58,420 nucleotides of DNA from Myxococcota bacterium (GTDB lineage: Bacteria; Myxococcota_A; SURF-8; G963663525), in NCBI GenBank assembly GCA_963676915.2, contig CAXXVK010000055.1, forward strand, positions 1 to 58,420. The letters run 5' to 3'. This document shows, piece after piece, positions 19,845 through 29,089 of this stretch. Each line of letters starts with the position of its first letter. Position 1 is the first letter of the stretch. Position numbers and translations under genes: made by a program. The notes beneath the pieces were generated by a model. That model had not been told where the DNA came from. It saw nothing but the letters and a program-made list of their open reading frames with translations, and made no database searches.

Positions 19845-20651
19845 ATGAAAGTTTTATACTATAAATTTTTTTGTAATGTTATTATTTTTATTATTATGGC
19901 TACCCTGTTGTCATTAGGAGTCTCTTTTGTTTTGGATATTGAATCCGTAACTAACTCTGAAATAAGCGCTATTAAGAAAGAAATTAATGAGATAAAGTCA
20001 ATTAATCCTAGATTCTTTCATAAGAGAACTAACCCAATACGGAAAAATTCTTTTCATGATGATAAAAACATTTCATCAAGTTATTCTATTGAAAAATTCG
20101 GAATATTTTTATTTACATTCCTTGTTGCACTGATGTCAATGTTCGGCCTTGCTAATGTATTTAAGATTTTTGAATATAAAGAAAAAATTTTAAATAACAT
20201 TAAAGAGTTTGATGAAAAGCACAGAGCAGATGAACTTAAAGGCTTGCTATCTTATATAACATCAAATAAAAAAGATATTGAAGACATGCAAAATTCCACA
20301 ATACAACTTGCTAGAAACCTTAAAAAAACTAAGGATAGTATGGAAAACCTTTTTCAGTCATCTAACCTATTTTCTACTCGAGTAAGATATGCTGCAATTC
20401 AATCAATGATTCGAGAATCAGACGAATTTCGGTTAGCTTCATATCAGGACTACTTTGAAAATATTCTTGAAACAGAAGAGTTGGTGCTAAAAGAAATGCA
20501 AGAGATTGTCAAAAGAAACCAAGCAACTACTGTATCTCATGAGTCTGTTAGCGATATTGACTTGCAAAATCAAAACCTGCTAGTGAATTCAATTAAAGAA
20601 GCTATAGAAAAGGCAAAGTCATCAAGTAGAAATATTAATAGGCATCATTAA
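19845..20651 (+). CDS. Hypothetical membrane protein (two TM segments plus C-terminal coiled coil)
   Basis: Hydrophobic stretches at about aa 10-31 and 85-106; helical, heptad-like C-terminus; 9-bp gap after the receiver gene. Confidence 0.72.
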   Translation: MKVLYYKFFCNVIIFIIMATLLSLGVSFVLDIESVTNSEISAIKKEINEIKSINPRFFHKRTNPIRKNSFHDDKNISSSYSIEKFGIFLFTFLVALMSMFGLANVFKIFEYKEKILNNIKEFDEKHRADELKGLLSYITSNKKDIEDMQNSTIQLARNLKKTKDSMENLFQSSNLFSTRVRYAAIQSMIRESDEFRLASYQDYFENILETEELVLKEMQEIVKRNQATTVSHESVSDIDLQNQNLLVNSIKEAIEKAKSSSRNINRHH

Positions 20652-20672
20652 CCTAGATTGAAAATAATTCAG

Positions 20673-22493
20673 CTATTTCTTCCACTCATTCACAATCTTA
20701 TCAAATGATACTTCTTTCCACTTTTCCTTCCATGTTTCCAGGTATTTAATATCGTTTGAAGAAGGTTGCTTGTTATCATCACACCTATCAATTTTAACCA
20801 ATGAAGGCATAATCACAGATTCTCCAAGCAATAGCCCCTCTCCAGATTGCAAAGCTGGTAAATTTTCAATTAAGTTACCAAGTGCATCAGGAAGTAATCT
20901 TTTAACATAGCTTTGATCACTTGGATTGGTAAGTCTCATCGCAATGAAAGTATTACACTGAGAAAATATTGTTTCAGAGATTTCTGATGGTCTTTGACTT
21001 ACAATTCCCAGGGTAACACCGTATTTTCTACCCTCTTTGGCGATTCTTTCTATAGCGAATCTTGAAGCATTATACTTTGCCAAATCTGTTCTTGGTACGT
21101 ATTTATGCGCCTCTTCATATACCAGCAACAGAGGGGTATCTAGACTAGATTCGTTGTTGAGGAACTTTTTATAAAAATAGCCAAAATCAAATAGTATTCT
21201 AGAAATTAAAGAAACAGTGATACTAAGAACCTCAAACGGAATGCCGCTCAAATCAATTACCGTCACATTGGATTTCTTTCCTTCTTGGTATCCAATAAAT
21301 TGCTTGAGAGTTTCCTCAAATGAAATATTCTCAGATTTTTCACCTAGCAAAAATTCTAATCGACTGTCGTTGATTTTATTTTCGAGTCTCGATATAAACT
21401 TATCGAGGGTACCATCTGCATATTCTCCCTTTTTGATACTTTGACTTTTAGGAGAGTGAAACTCTTGAATTCCCGAATAATACTTTTCAAGTCTTTCTGT
21501 CTTTGATAGCTCAATACCACTATTTTCATTTGTTTTCCCATCTTTCAATAACTCATATAAAGAATCTTCTTTTATCATGTATCTATTTGCACTGCTTTTC
21601 GCATTCTTCGTTTCAATGGAATAGTTTTTTAAAGCATTGAGTATTTGTTTTAAGTTAAACTTCAATGGAGAATCGAAGTATATATTTGATTCAGGAGAAT
21701 TATTTGTTTGCCGTTTATTTTCAATAACCAATTCCCTTAACACAGATGCTTGGTTGTAATTATTACGATCCCCAGATTCCAGAAACAGTTCTTCTAGTTC
21801 TTCGCTATTCATCAACCAATAGGGCAATATCAGGTTGCTAATATTAATTTGATTTGCACCTGGGAATGCAGAATTGTATTCATTATGAATATCAAAGATA
21901 ACTACGTGAGAATTGTTTAATACATAATTCCCATTTTTTAGAGAAATTGCATTCTGTAAAATTTTTGCAATTGTGTGAGATTTACCCGAACCACTTGAAC
22001 CTACAATTGCGAAATGTTTATTAAAAAATTTATTTCCATTGACAGGAACCTCAATTTTGCAGTCCTGCGACAATCTTGCAAAAAGAAATTTCTCCTTTGG
22101 CTCAAACCCATTTTCATATATCAGCTTAATATCTTCATGACTTGCGGGTTTTACTTCTGTTGGAGGTATCGCCAACGCATCACCTCCACGCATAAACTTA
22201 CCACTCTCAATCGAACCTAATGGCGTGGCTTCCAAAACATAGGCTCTATATGTTTTCTTTTTGCCGCTTTCAGGATTCGTCCGCTCTTTTAATTCAATTT
22301 TGTAGCTTTCAATGACAGCAATGAGCTTGCATCCCATATTGTCAGAAACTTCAAGATAGGAACCAATTTTAAGATCTTCAAGAGCTTTATCTGTTGTCTC
22401 TTTAAACGCGGTAAGGTTTTCAATTTCAATAATTATTTTATTAGGATATACAGCGGTAACTACTGCAAGCACATTCTTCTTTTGCTTTTTCAT
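20673..22493 (-). CDS. herA: HerA-like (DUF87) ATPase of the DUF4297-HerA anti-phage system
   Basis: N-terminal HAS barrel; FFNKHFAIVGSSGSGKS Walker A; LLVYEEAH Walker B; IAKEGRKYG; SQRPSE. Confidence 0.92.
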   Translation of the reverse strand: MKKQKKNVLAVVTAVYPNKIIIEIENLTAFKETTDKALEDLKIGSYLEVSDNMGCKLIAVIESYKIELKERTNPESGKKKTYRAYVLEATPLGSIESGKFMRGGDALAIPPTEVKPASHEDIKLIYENGFEPKEKFLFARLSQDCKIEVPVNGNKFFNKHFAIVGSSGSGKSHTIAKILQNAISLKNGNYVLNNSHVVIFDIHNEYNSAFPGANQINISNLILPYWLMNSEELEELFLESGDRNNYNQASVLRELVIENKRQTNNSPESNIYFDSPLKFNLKQILNALKNYSIETKNAKSSANRYMIKEDSLYELLKDGKTNENSGIELSKTERLEKYYSGIQEFHSPKSQSIKKGEYADGTLDKFISRLENKINDSRLEFLLGEKSENISFEETLKQFIGYQEGKKSNVTVIDLSGIPFEVLSITVSLISRILFDFGYFYKKFLNNESSLDTPLLLVYEEAHKYVPRTDLAKYNASRFAIERIAKEGRKYGVTLGIVSQRPSEISETIFSQCNTFIAMRLTNPSDQSYVKRLLPDALGNLIENLPALQSGEGLLLGESVIMPSLVKIDRCDDNKQPSSNDIKYLETWKEKWKEVSFDKIVNEWKK

Positions 22494-22511
22494 AGATTTT
22501 ATCTCCTATAC

Positions 22512-23705
22512 TCATGCAAGTATTTGACTTATGTCAGCAATATTGTTGATATTGATATTAACATGCTTGATATCTTCTGTAACTTCAATATGGGTCGAAA
22601 AATAGAACTGATATAATTTTACAGGTGCTTTGTGATCATCATCTTGTAAAACGGCAAGAAGTTTTTCTTCATTGTTGATAAACTTAACAGATACATTATC
22701 GTCAATTGTTGACGCAGATATCAATGATTCTACATCGAAACGTGCATCTTTAAAATCATACCCATCTTTAATAATAATATTATCTCTTACAAGTGACCAC
22801 TTAAGTTTCGATAATTCTTCAGTTTTACAGTTGTGGATATATATATAAGGTGCCCTCGATTTGAGTACGTCTCTCTGCTTTTTATAGAATTTGTTTCTTA
22901 TGGCAAGTATTTCATTCTTAATTTCAGAAGGACTTTCATTTCCTTTCAAGTGGATGATGAATATCCTTGCAAAGTTGTCTATATTACGAAACTTAAAATT
23001 CTTTTCTTTTACTAACTTGAAATACTTTCTCTCACCTTGATACATTCTTAGAGATGTATTAAATATTAGCTTTTGGCCATTTTTAAGAATATCTATTATA
23101 GCCCTTCTCGTGCAGGTTCGTCTTTCTTTTTCACCAGGAGAGTTATTTACAACTAGCTTAGTGAAATACTCACAAATGTTTGAATAATAGAAAATGGCTT
23201 CCTCATCTGAATTACCTATAAATTCAAGGCATTTAAGCTGGTGAATAACTTGTTGAAATTGACACTGAAATTCCGAAGAAAAAACAAGCTGGAATTTTTT
23301 AACGAATGCTGATTTTTCCTTATGTGAAAAATCATTCTTTCTATTGCCTAAAACGTTGTTTAAGTTTTCCATTGTGATCATATTATTCTTGTCAACAAAA
23401 TTCTCATTCTTGTTTAGGTCCTTGAAATAGGCATACAGAATATATATTTTTGTGGGATCAACATTGAAATCTTTAATAAGCTGAATGACTGGTTCTTTAA
23501 TTACATTGGGTGTAAACTTTTTTGTTTCTCTATATTTTACCTGTATCACGAAACTGTCTGAATCAATGTCTTGTATTTGTTCTATATTTATTGGATCATC
23601 TTCATTGGAAGCATTAAGGAGTTCTAGTATTGCTTTGTCTATTTGATATGCAAATCCTTTAATTGCGTAATAGCCACCATCTTGGAGTTTTTGTTTTAAT
23701 GTCAT
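22512..23705 (-). CDS. DUF4297-like (Cap4-type PD-(D/E)xK nuclease) anti-phage protein
   Basis: N-terminal YYAIKGFAYQ...IEQIQDID...IQVKY nuclease motif, directly upstream of herA (18-bp gap). Start taken at ATG 23705. Confidence 0.8.
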   Translation of the reverse strand: MTLKQKLQDGGYYAIKGFAYQIDKAILELLNASNEDDPINIEQIQDIDSDSFVIQVKYRETKKFTPNVIKEPVIQLIKDFNVDPTKIYILYAYFKDLNKNENFVDKNNMITMENLNNVLGNRKNDFSHKEKSAFVKKFQLVFSSEFQCQFQQVIHQLKCLEFIGNSDEEAIFYYSNICEYFTKLVVNNSPGEKERRTCTRRAIIDILKNGQKLIFNTSLRMYQGERKYFKLVKEKNFKFRNIDNFARIFIIHLKGNESPSEIKNEILAIRNKFYKKQRDVLKSRAPYIYIHNCKTEELSKLKWSLVRDNIIIKDGYDFKDARFDVESLISASTIDDNVSVKFINNEEKLLAVLQDDDHKAPVKLYQFYFSTHIEVTEDIKHVNININNIADISQILA

Positions 23706-24006
23706 TATTAACCCTATATAAATGTTTCTTTGAAGAAACAAGAAAGAGAAGAAACATCGTTGGAGGACAAGAGAGATAAGAATAACTGATTACAATTGAA
23801 ATGTAAAAGAAAATATGTATTTCTTAAAGATTAGTAAGGGACTACAACTTGTACAAGTTTCGTAGTTTCTGATACGTTGGTGTACATTGCAATGAATATA
23901 ATCAAAAATCTGAAACTGATTTCTTCTGATATAATCCCCTGAGCTTACTGGAAATTTGAAAACGCCAATAGTTTTGGGAAATTGAAAAGGCAAAAAGGAA
24001 AGTCCA

Positions 24007-24990
24007 ATGGCTCCAAATTCAGAAATCGACTTCACAATCTGGGGAAATATTTATCTTCATGTAAATGAGGTTTTAGATAAAGTTAAAAAGAATAAGGATA
24101 GTGATCATTTTAAAAATTTACTCCTAGGAACAGAAATAAAAAAAAGCGAACTAAGGATGATTCACAATCTATTTATACGTCTAAAGCTGCTTTTCCAAGA
24201 TTACTATCTTTGTAAACGGAATCATGATCAACCCCATTTAAAAATATCTTCCAGAAAAGCTGACTTGAAAAAGATCATGAATCTTAGTGAAGAACTATTC
24301 ATTCTTTTACGTAGTAGTCACTGTGTTCCGCAAGATTTACACAGGGAGGCAGTCGATGAACTGGCAATGGGTATAAATGGTGCATTAACAATGTCCAGAG
24401 AATTTTCTGGAATGTTTAGAGCAAATGGTGTCACAAAGAAAAGTAACTTTCTGAATATGTTGCTTTATATAAATCGTCTTTCCCAAAAAATACTTAACGA
24501 TGGCTTAAGAGAAAATAAAGCGATTTATAAAACTGGCAAAAACGAAAATGGGAAAAAAGTTAAAATTCTCATTGGTCATGAAGAAGTAAGGACCCATAAA
24601 GGTGGACGCCCAACAAAATTTGCCGAAGCGCACCTTATAAATGAAGCAACATGGGTTGTTTCTTATTATTGGGCAAGAAAACACTGTGTCGAGAAGGATT
24701 TTAAAAAGCTTCAATCAGCTATTAATGATTTTCCGAGGAAAAGAAATATTTTCATTCGGGAGTGTTTCAAGATTCTCGAAATTCCCTTCGAAAAAAACAG
24801 CACTCTAAATAAACGAATTCAAAGGACACTTGCTCAGGACGCCAATGATAGAAAAGGTTCGCAAATAGATAAATTTCCTGATGAAGCCAGCATTGAAGCA
24901 CATCTGGAACGAGCCAGAAACAAAGCCAATTTCTTTTTACCGTCATTGAGTCTATGGGGGAGAGGGACTAAAGCTGAAGATACACCATAG
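24007..24990 (+). CDS. Hypothetical protein of the island
   Basis: 327-aa ORF with an AAGGA RBS; basic and helical; no family recognised. Confidence 0.65.
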   Translation: MAPNSEIDFTIWGNIYLHVNEVLDKVKKNKDSDHFKNLLLGTEIKKSELRMIHNLFIRLKLLFQDYYLCKRNHDQPHLKISSRKADLKKIMNLSEELFILLRSSHCVPQDLHREAVDELAMGINGALTMSREFSGMFRANGVTKKSNFLNMLLYINRLSQKILNDGLRENKAIYKTGKNENGKKVKILIGHEEVRTHKGGRPTKFAEAHLINEATWVVSYYWARKHCVEKDFKKLQSAINDFPRKRNIFIRECFKILEIPFEKNSTLNKRIQRTLAQDANDRKGSQIDKFPDEASIEAHLERARNKANFFLPSLSLWGRGTKAEDTP

Positions 24991-25284
24991 TTGAATTTCA
25001 TTTAGTATCATCTGATTTGGGGCAATAATACCCACCCTGTGCGAAAAAGGGTTGGGATATTTTGAATAGTTTATTTTAGGGTTATTTCCCACCTACTCAA
25101 CGTTGCCTATAAAACCGTAAAACAATCATGATATCAATTACATATAGATACACATCAGCAAAAAGAAGGATAAATCTCGTTAAAAGTTATTTCCCATCCC
25201 TGAACTGACAAAGTTTTGTATTTGGCTAATGTTGCTCCTGTTTGGTTTTGTTTATTTCTATTTCACCATTCCAAAGGAGCCATT

Positions 25285-25509
25285 ATGCAAAAAGCACTAT
25301 TAAATCAGAAACAAGCTGCCGATTATATCGGGGTGAAGACTGGAACGATGGAAATTTGGCGCTATCGCGGTGGTGGTCCTCCCTTCATTCGAATTTCGAG
25401 ACGCTGTATTCGCTATCGACCCTGCGAAATTGATGAATGGTTAAATAAAAGGCGTGCTGCAAACACCACAGAAATCACCGAAGCAGAGAAAGAGAATGAT
25501 TATGAATAA
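25285..25509 (+). CDS. AlpA/HTH_17 excisionase-like regulator
   Basis: LLNQKQAADYIGVKTGTMEIWRYRGGGPPFIRISRRCIRY...IDEWL; AAGGAG RBS before ATG 25285. Confidence 0.9.
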   Translation: MQKALLNQKQAADYIGVKTGTMEIWRYRGGGPPFIRISRRCIRYRPCEIDEWLNKRRAANTTEITEAEKENDYE

Positions 25510-26785
25510 CTTCTCCCCGGAATTTGCTCACTGTAAATTAAAATGGTCAATCATCCCAACTCAAGGAAATAAGCGTCCGCAATTCTCATGGAAAGAATAT
25601 CAAACCCGAAAACCTTCAGATGAAGAATTTGACTCGTGGATGGGTCGCAATCCTCCTTGCTGGGCTGTTATTACGGGTGCGATTAGCGGAATCGTAGTTC
25701 TTGACTTCGATGGGCCGCAAGGATGTGACCTTGTACATAAATGGAACGTTAAACCACACGTTCAGACACCTTCCGGGGGATATCACCTTTACTTGATTCA
25801 TCCCGGTTTTTCGATTCAAACACTGAATTCCAAAAGCAAGCGCGCCCTTGGAGTAAAGTATCCTGGTCTCGATATCCGTGGAGATGGTGGGTATGCCTTG
25901 TTTTTTGGGAAAACAGAAAAAGGCAAATACCAATGGTTACGAGAGCCTTTTCCTGATCCCATCGAAGTGATTCCTTATGAAGTTGCGCGGTTTTTAAACC
26001 TGCTTTCGGAGAAATCTCAAGAAAAAAAGCAAACACCTACAAGTATTGAGTATTCAAGTCGTTGTCAAATGAATCCTGGAAAGTGGCTCCAATGGGGTTT
26101 GAATCGAGTTCGATCATTGGGAGGAAGAAACAATGCCTGTAAAACCCTTGCGGATCAATTGAGAGACAACGGCATTCCCTATACTGAGGCAAAAAGTATC
26201 ATCCTTGGGTATCAAGCATCCGTTCCGCCTACAAATGCGAGGGGAGAATGGGAAGAGTTTTCCGAGAGAGAAGCCTTGGTCTGTTTGGATTCCTCCTACA
26301 ATTCACCTCCTCGCTTTCCATGGAACCTTAAATATAGGGAAAAGGAGAGCAAGGAAAAATCAGCGGGACAATTGGATACTACCGATTGTGAAAAAAAAGA
26401 CTGTTGTGAGTCACTTCCTCAAGCCAAGCCGATCATCCTCCATAATTGGCAACTGCGCTTCGCTTTAGAAAGAATCTGGCTCCAAATCAAGAAACAAAAC
26501 GATGCTGTTATTCAATCTGGGCACGTCATGAAAAATTTGGAACCGTTGTTTTTATCAGGCAATCATAAACTTACTCGTCTTGTACGACTCGAAAAACCGG
26601 ATGCCAACAACAGTATTGAAATTCAAATTATGAGTCGTGAACAGGTTTATGGATTACTTGCAAGGATGTTCGATTGGAAAACAGAGGGTAAAGATGGAGC
26701 CTTGTCCAATCGGGATCCCAAAAAAAAACGCTGTAGATTTGATCTATGGCGATCCCACTTCTGCTGTTTTACCTGGCGAGTCTAA
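25502..26785 (+). CDS. Bifunctional primase-polymerase (Prim-Pol plus PriCT-like), N-terminal part of a split replication gene
   Basis: NKRP..SWKEYQ, TGAISGIVVLDFDG, QTPSGGYHLY, LDIRGDGGY and GGRNN motifs. The frame breaks at the A9 run 26720-26728. Confidence 0.88.
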   Translation: MNNFSPEFAHCKLKWSIIPTQGNKRPQFSWKEYQTRKPSDEEFDSWMGRNPPCWAVITGAISGIVVLDFDGPQGCDLVHKWNVKPHVQTPSGGYHLYLIHPGFSIQTLNSKSKRALGVKYPGLDIRGDGGYALFFGKTEKGKYQWLREPFPDPIEVIPYEVARFLNLLSEKSQEKKQTPTSIEYSSRCQMNPGKWLQWGLNRVRSLGGRNNACKTLADQLRDNGIPYTEAKSIILGYQASVPPTNARGEWEEFSEREALVCLDSSYNSPPRFPWNLKYREKESKEKSAGQLDTTDCEKKDCCESLPQAKPIILHNWQLRFALERIWLQIKKQNDAVIQSGHVMKNLEPLFLSGNHKLTRLVRLEKPDANNSIEIQIMSREQVYGLLARMFDWKTEGKDGALSNRDPKKKRCRFDLWRSHFCCFTWRV

Positions 26786-28007
26786 CAACCCCGAACTCCC
26801 TCTTCCGTATATTCACAGTATTGCCGATACCCCCCAATATGGCAAAGGTGGTGCTTTGATAACCCGAGTTGGCTACTATAAGGAAGACCGTCTATGGTAT
26901 GAACCAAGCACAGCTTTGAAAACCATGCCAGGTATCCCCAAAGAACCAACTCAAATTGACGTGAAAAAAGCCCGATCTCTGCTTTGTAATGATTTGCTCG
27001 GAGATTTTCCTTTTGTGACGGAAGCTGACAAGGCGACCATGATTGCTGCGTTCATTCTTCCTTTCGTGATTCGAAGGTTTGATGGGCAAACCCCGATACA
27101 TTTAATTGAAGCTCCTGTACAGGGTAGCGGAAAAACGATACTGGCAAGTCTGGTTTCAATTGTAGCAACGGGAAAAGCTTCCGTGCCAATTATTTTTAGC
27201 CAAAGTGAAGAAGAAAACCATAAGGCATTGGCGGCAGAACTATCAAAAAGAAAGCCGATTATTACCATCGATAACGTCGATACTTCCTACCGCCCTTTGA
27301 AAAGCCCCACATTATCCTCCATTACAACTGAAAGCTATTTTTCCAGCCGTATTTTGGGAACATCGGAAATGATGGAGATTCCCAACCAAGCGGTATGGAT
27401 CATGACCGGGAATAATGTGAAAATCGCTCAAGATTTGATCCGGCGTTTCATTCGTTGCAGAATTGATCCCGGTGAAGAAAATCCATGGATGAGAAATCCA
27501 AAGCAATTCAGACATCCCGATATCAAACAGTGGACTAAGGAAAATCGTTCCCAAATCGTTCATGCCATACTAACCCTCTGTGAAGCATGGCGACAAAGTG
27601 AAAAAGACCTTGAAGTAAAAAGTCTTGGCTCCTTTGAGGCATGGAGTGAAACTATTGGGGGGATTCTTGAAGTTGCCGAAATACCTGGATTCCTCGATAA
27701 CCTTGAAGATTTTTACGGAATGAGCAACGAAGAGTCTGAATCTTTCGCTCCCTTGATTCAAGCATGGCAAGAAGAGTTCGGAAATAGTCCTGTAAAAGCA
27801 AAACACCTACAAGAGCTTTGTGAATCCAAGGAACTCATGCTCGAAACACGCGGTCACGGCACTGATCATTCACAGAGAACCAGATTAGGACGAGCTTTAA
27901 AATCTGCTAACGGACGAGTCTTTGGAAATCGTAAAATCATGGCGCAGATGGATAAACGCAGCAAAACCCTCGAATATTGCCTGACGCCAATCCAAACGGA
28001 CGAATAA
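26637..28007 (+). CDS. P-loop helicase/ATPase-like C-terminal part of the split replication gene
   Basis: DFPF, APVQGSGKT Walker A, ITIDNV, RILG, MTGNN and DLIRR motifs. In frame with the upstream ORF if one A is removed from the A9 run. Confidence 0.82.
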   Translation: MNRFMDYLQGCSIGKQRVKMEPCPIGIPKKNAVDLIYGDPTSAVLPGESNNPELPLPYIHSIADTPQYGKGGALITRVGYYKEDRLWYEPSTALKTMPGIPKEPTQIDVKKARSLLCNDLLGDFPFVTEADKATMIAAFILPFVIRRFDGQTPIHLIEAPVQGSGKTILASLVSIVATGKASVPIIFSQSEEENHKALAAELSKRKPIITIDNVDTSYRPLKSPTLSSITTESYFSSRILGTSEMMEIPNQAVWIMTGNNVKIAQDLIRRFIRCRIDPGEENPWMRNPKQFRHPDIKQWTKENRSQIVHAILTLCEAWRQSEKDLEVKSLGSFEAWSETIGGILEVAEIPGFLDNLEDFYGMSNEESESFAPLIQAWQEEFGNSPVKAKHLQELCESKELMLETRGHGTDHSQRTRLGRALKSANGRVFGNRKIMAQMDKRSKTLEYCLTPIQTDE

Positions 28008-28153
28008 TCTCCCATCAAGCAAGACAATTGTTATTGTTGTGCCTTGATACCTCCCTATAACCTTAGATTTCATGGGTTTAAAGCTTTACACGGGTATTAC
28101 AAGGATAAACCATTGCCTTTTAACTATTTGATAATAGTCAACAATAATCACCC

Positions 28154-28422
28154 TGCGGGGGATGCGGGTCTATAAATTAACTCCACACGTAAAAAATTCC
28201 TAAAAAACAGTGTATACGCCCTATGTGGATGCATGTAAGGACAGGTGGGTGCACTACCCCCGCATGTCCCGCACATGAATTTATCTCTTACAAAAATCAA
28301 TGTTTTATTGCGCGGCATTGTAAGTTCCCATGTACCGCTTGGAATCCATATCCCCCCGCAAAGAAATCCCCAACGACGTTGTTTATTAGCTTGGGTCCTT
28401 CCTAGCAACTTCACTATGCGGG
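28154..28422. repeat. TGCGGG/CCCGCA hexamer cluster (candidate replication-origin iterons)
   Basis: TGCGGG at 28154, 28163 and 28417; CCCGCA at 28259, 28268 and 28355; non-coding region just after the helicase gene. Confidence 0.5.
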
Positions 28423-28907
28423 TACCGCGTGAGCGCGATGTTCTTATTGTGCGCAAGATTAAAATAGGTTGACAATACTTAATTAGAGCTGCATAACAAT
28501 CCAAGTTATACCTATATTTGCTAATAAAAAGCACGATGAGCATTTCATTTCAATCTCAATTTCAAAGTTGACAAAATTGACGGATTATTTCGATTGACAT
28601 TTGCCGTAGTGTTTCCTGTTTCTTTTTGGCGCTGAAACCATTGTTCAATACCAAGTATTTGCGTCTTGTATTTATTTGAAAAGATTGGAAACGTTTAAAT
28701 TTATTTACAAGTGCCAGTAGTTTTTTCCGCTTTAAATCCAGCGATACACCTTCGAAACGCTCCTCGCCATGCGATTACCAGGTGATGGGAGTTTAAATTT
28801 GGCGTTTTTGTGTAAAAATATCGGGTTGGCAGTTGTTTTTAAAAAGGATTTTCCTTTGGACAACAAAGAAAACAGCTTCATATACCTTGATACATCTTTC
28901 CTAGCAA

Positions 28908-28927
28908 TGGTGACTTATTGGTGACTT
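28908..28927 (+). repeat. Putative integrase arm-type sites, right
   Basis: TGGTGACTTATTGGTGACTT, identical to 15110-15129. Confidence 0.75.
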
Positions 28928-28928
28928 G

Positions 28929-28965
28929 AAAAAGAAAAAGGACTTACGAAAACTCGTAAGTCCTT
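28929..28965 (-). terminator. Intrinsic terminator of tRNA-His (supplied by the island)
   Basis: Perfect 12-bp stem AAGGACTTACGA/TCGTAAGTCCTT with a 4-nt loop, followed by a T-tract on the minus strand. Confidence 0.85.
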
Positions 28966-28969
28966 GAAA

Positions 28970-29022
28970 TTTCTGGTACTGTTGGGAGGACTTGAACCTC
29001 CGACCCCCTGATCCACAATCAG
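28970..29022. repeat. att direct repeat, right copy (within the intact tRNA-His)
   Basis: Identical to 14950-15002. Confidence 0.97.
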
Positions 29023-29050
29023 GTGCTCTAACCAACTGAGCTACAACAGC
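28974..29050 (-). tRNA. tRNA-His (GTG)
   Basis: GCTGTTG TA GCTC AGTTGGTTA GAGC A CCTGA TTGTGGA TCAGG GGGTC GGAGG TTCAAGT CCTCC CAACAGT A CCA: full cloverleaf, 77 nt, encoded CCA. Confidence 0.97.
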
Positions 29051-29060
29051 GCTGGGCGGT

Positions 29061-29089
29061 ACTATGCCGCGAGGTGTTTTCAATGTCAA
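29061..29089 (-). promoter_or_regulatory. tRNA promoter
   Basis: Minus strand TTGACA, 17 bp, CATAGT, followed by a GC-rich discriminator ACCGCCC. Confidence 0.72.

Larger units (their letters stand above)
14950..29022. mobile_element. About 14-kb integrative element (satellite/IME-like) inserted in tRNA-His
   Basis: 53-bp direct repeats 14,020 bp apart; integrase at one end; AlpA and primase/helicase at the other; AT-rich cargo; no structural or conjugation genes seen. Confidence 0.93.
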
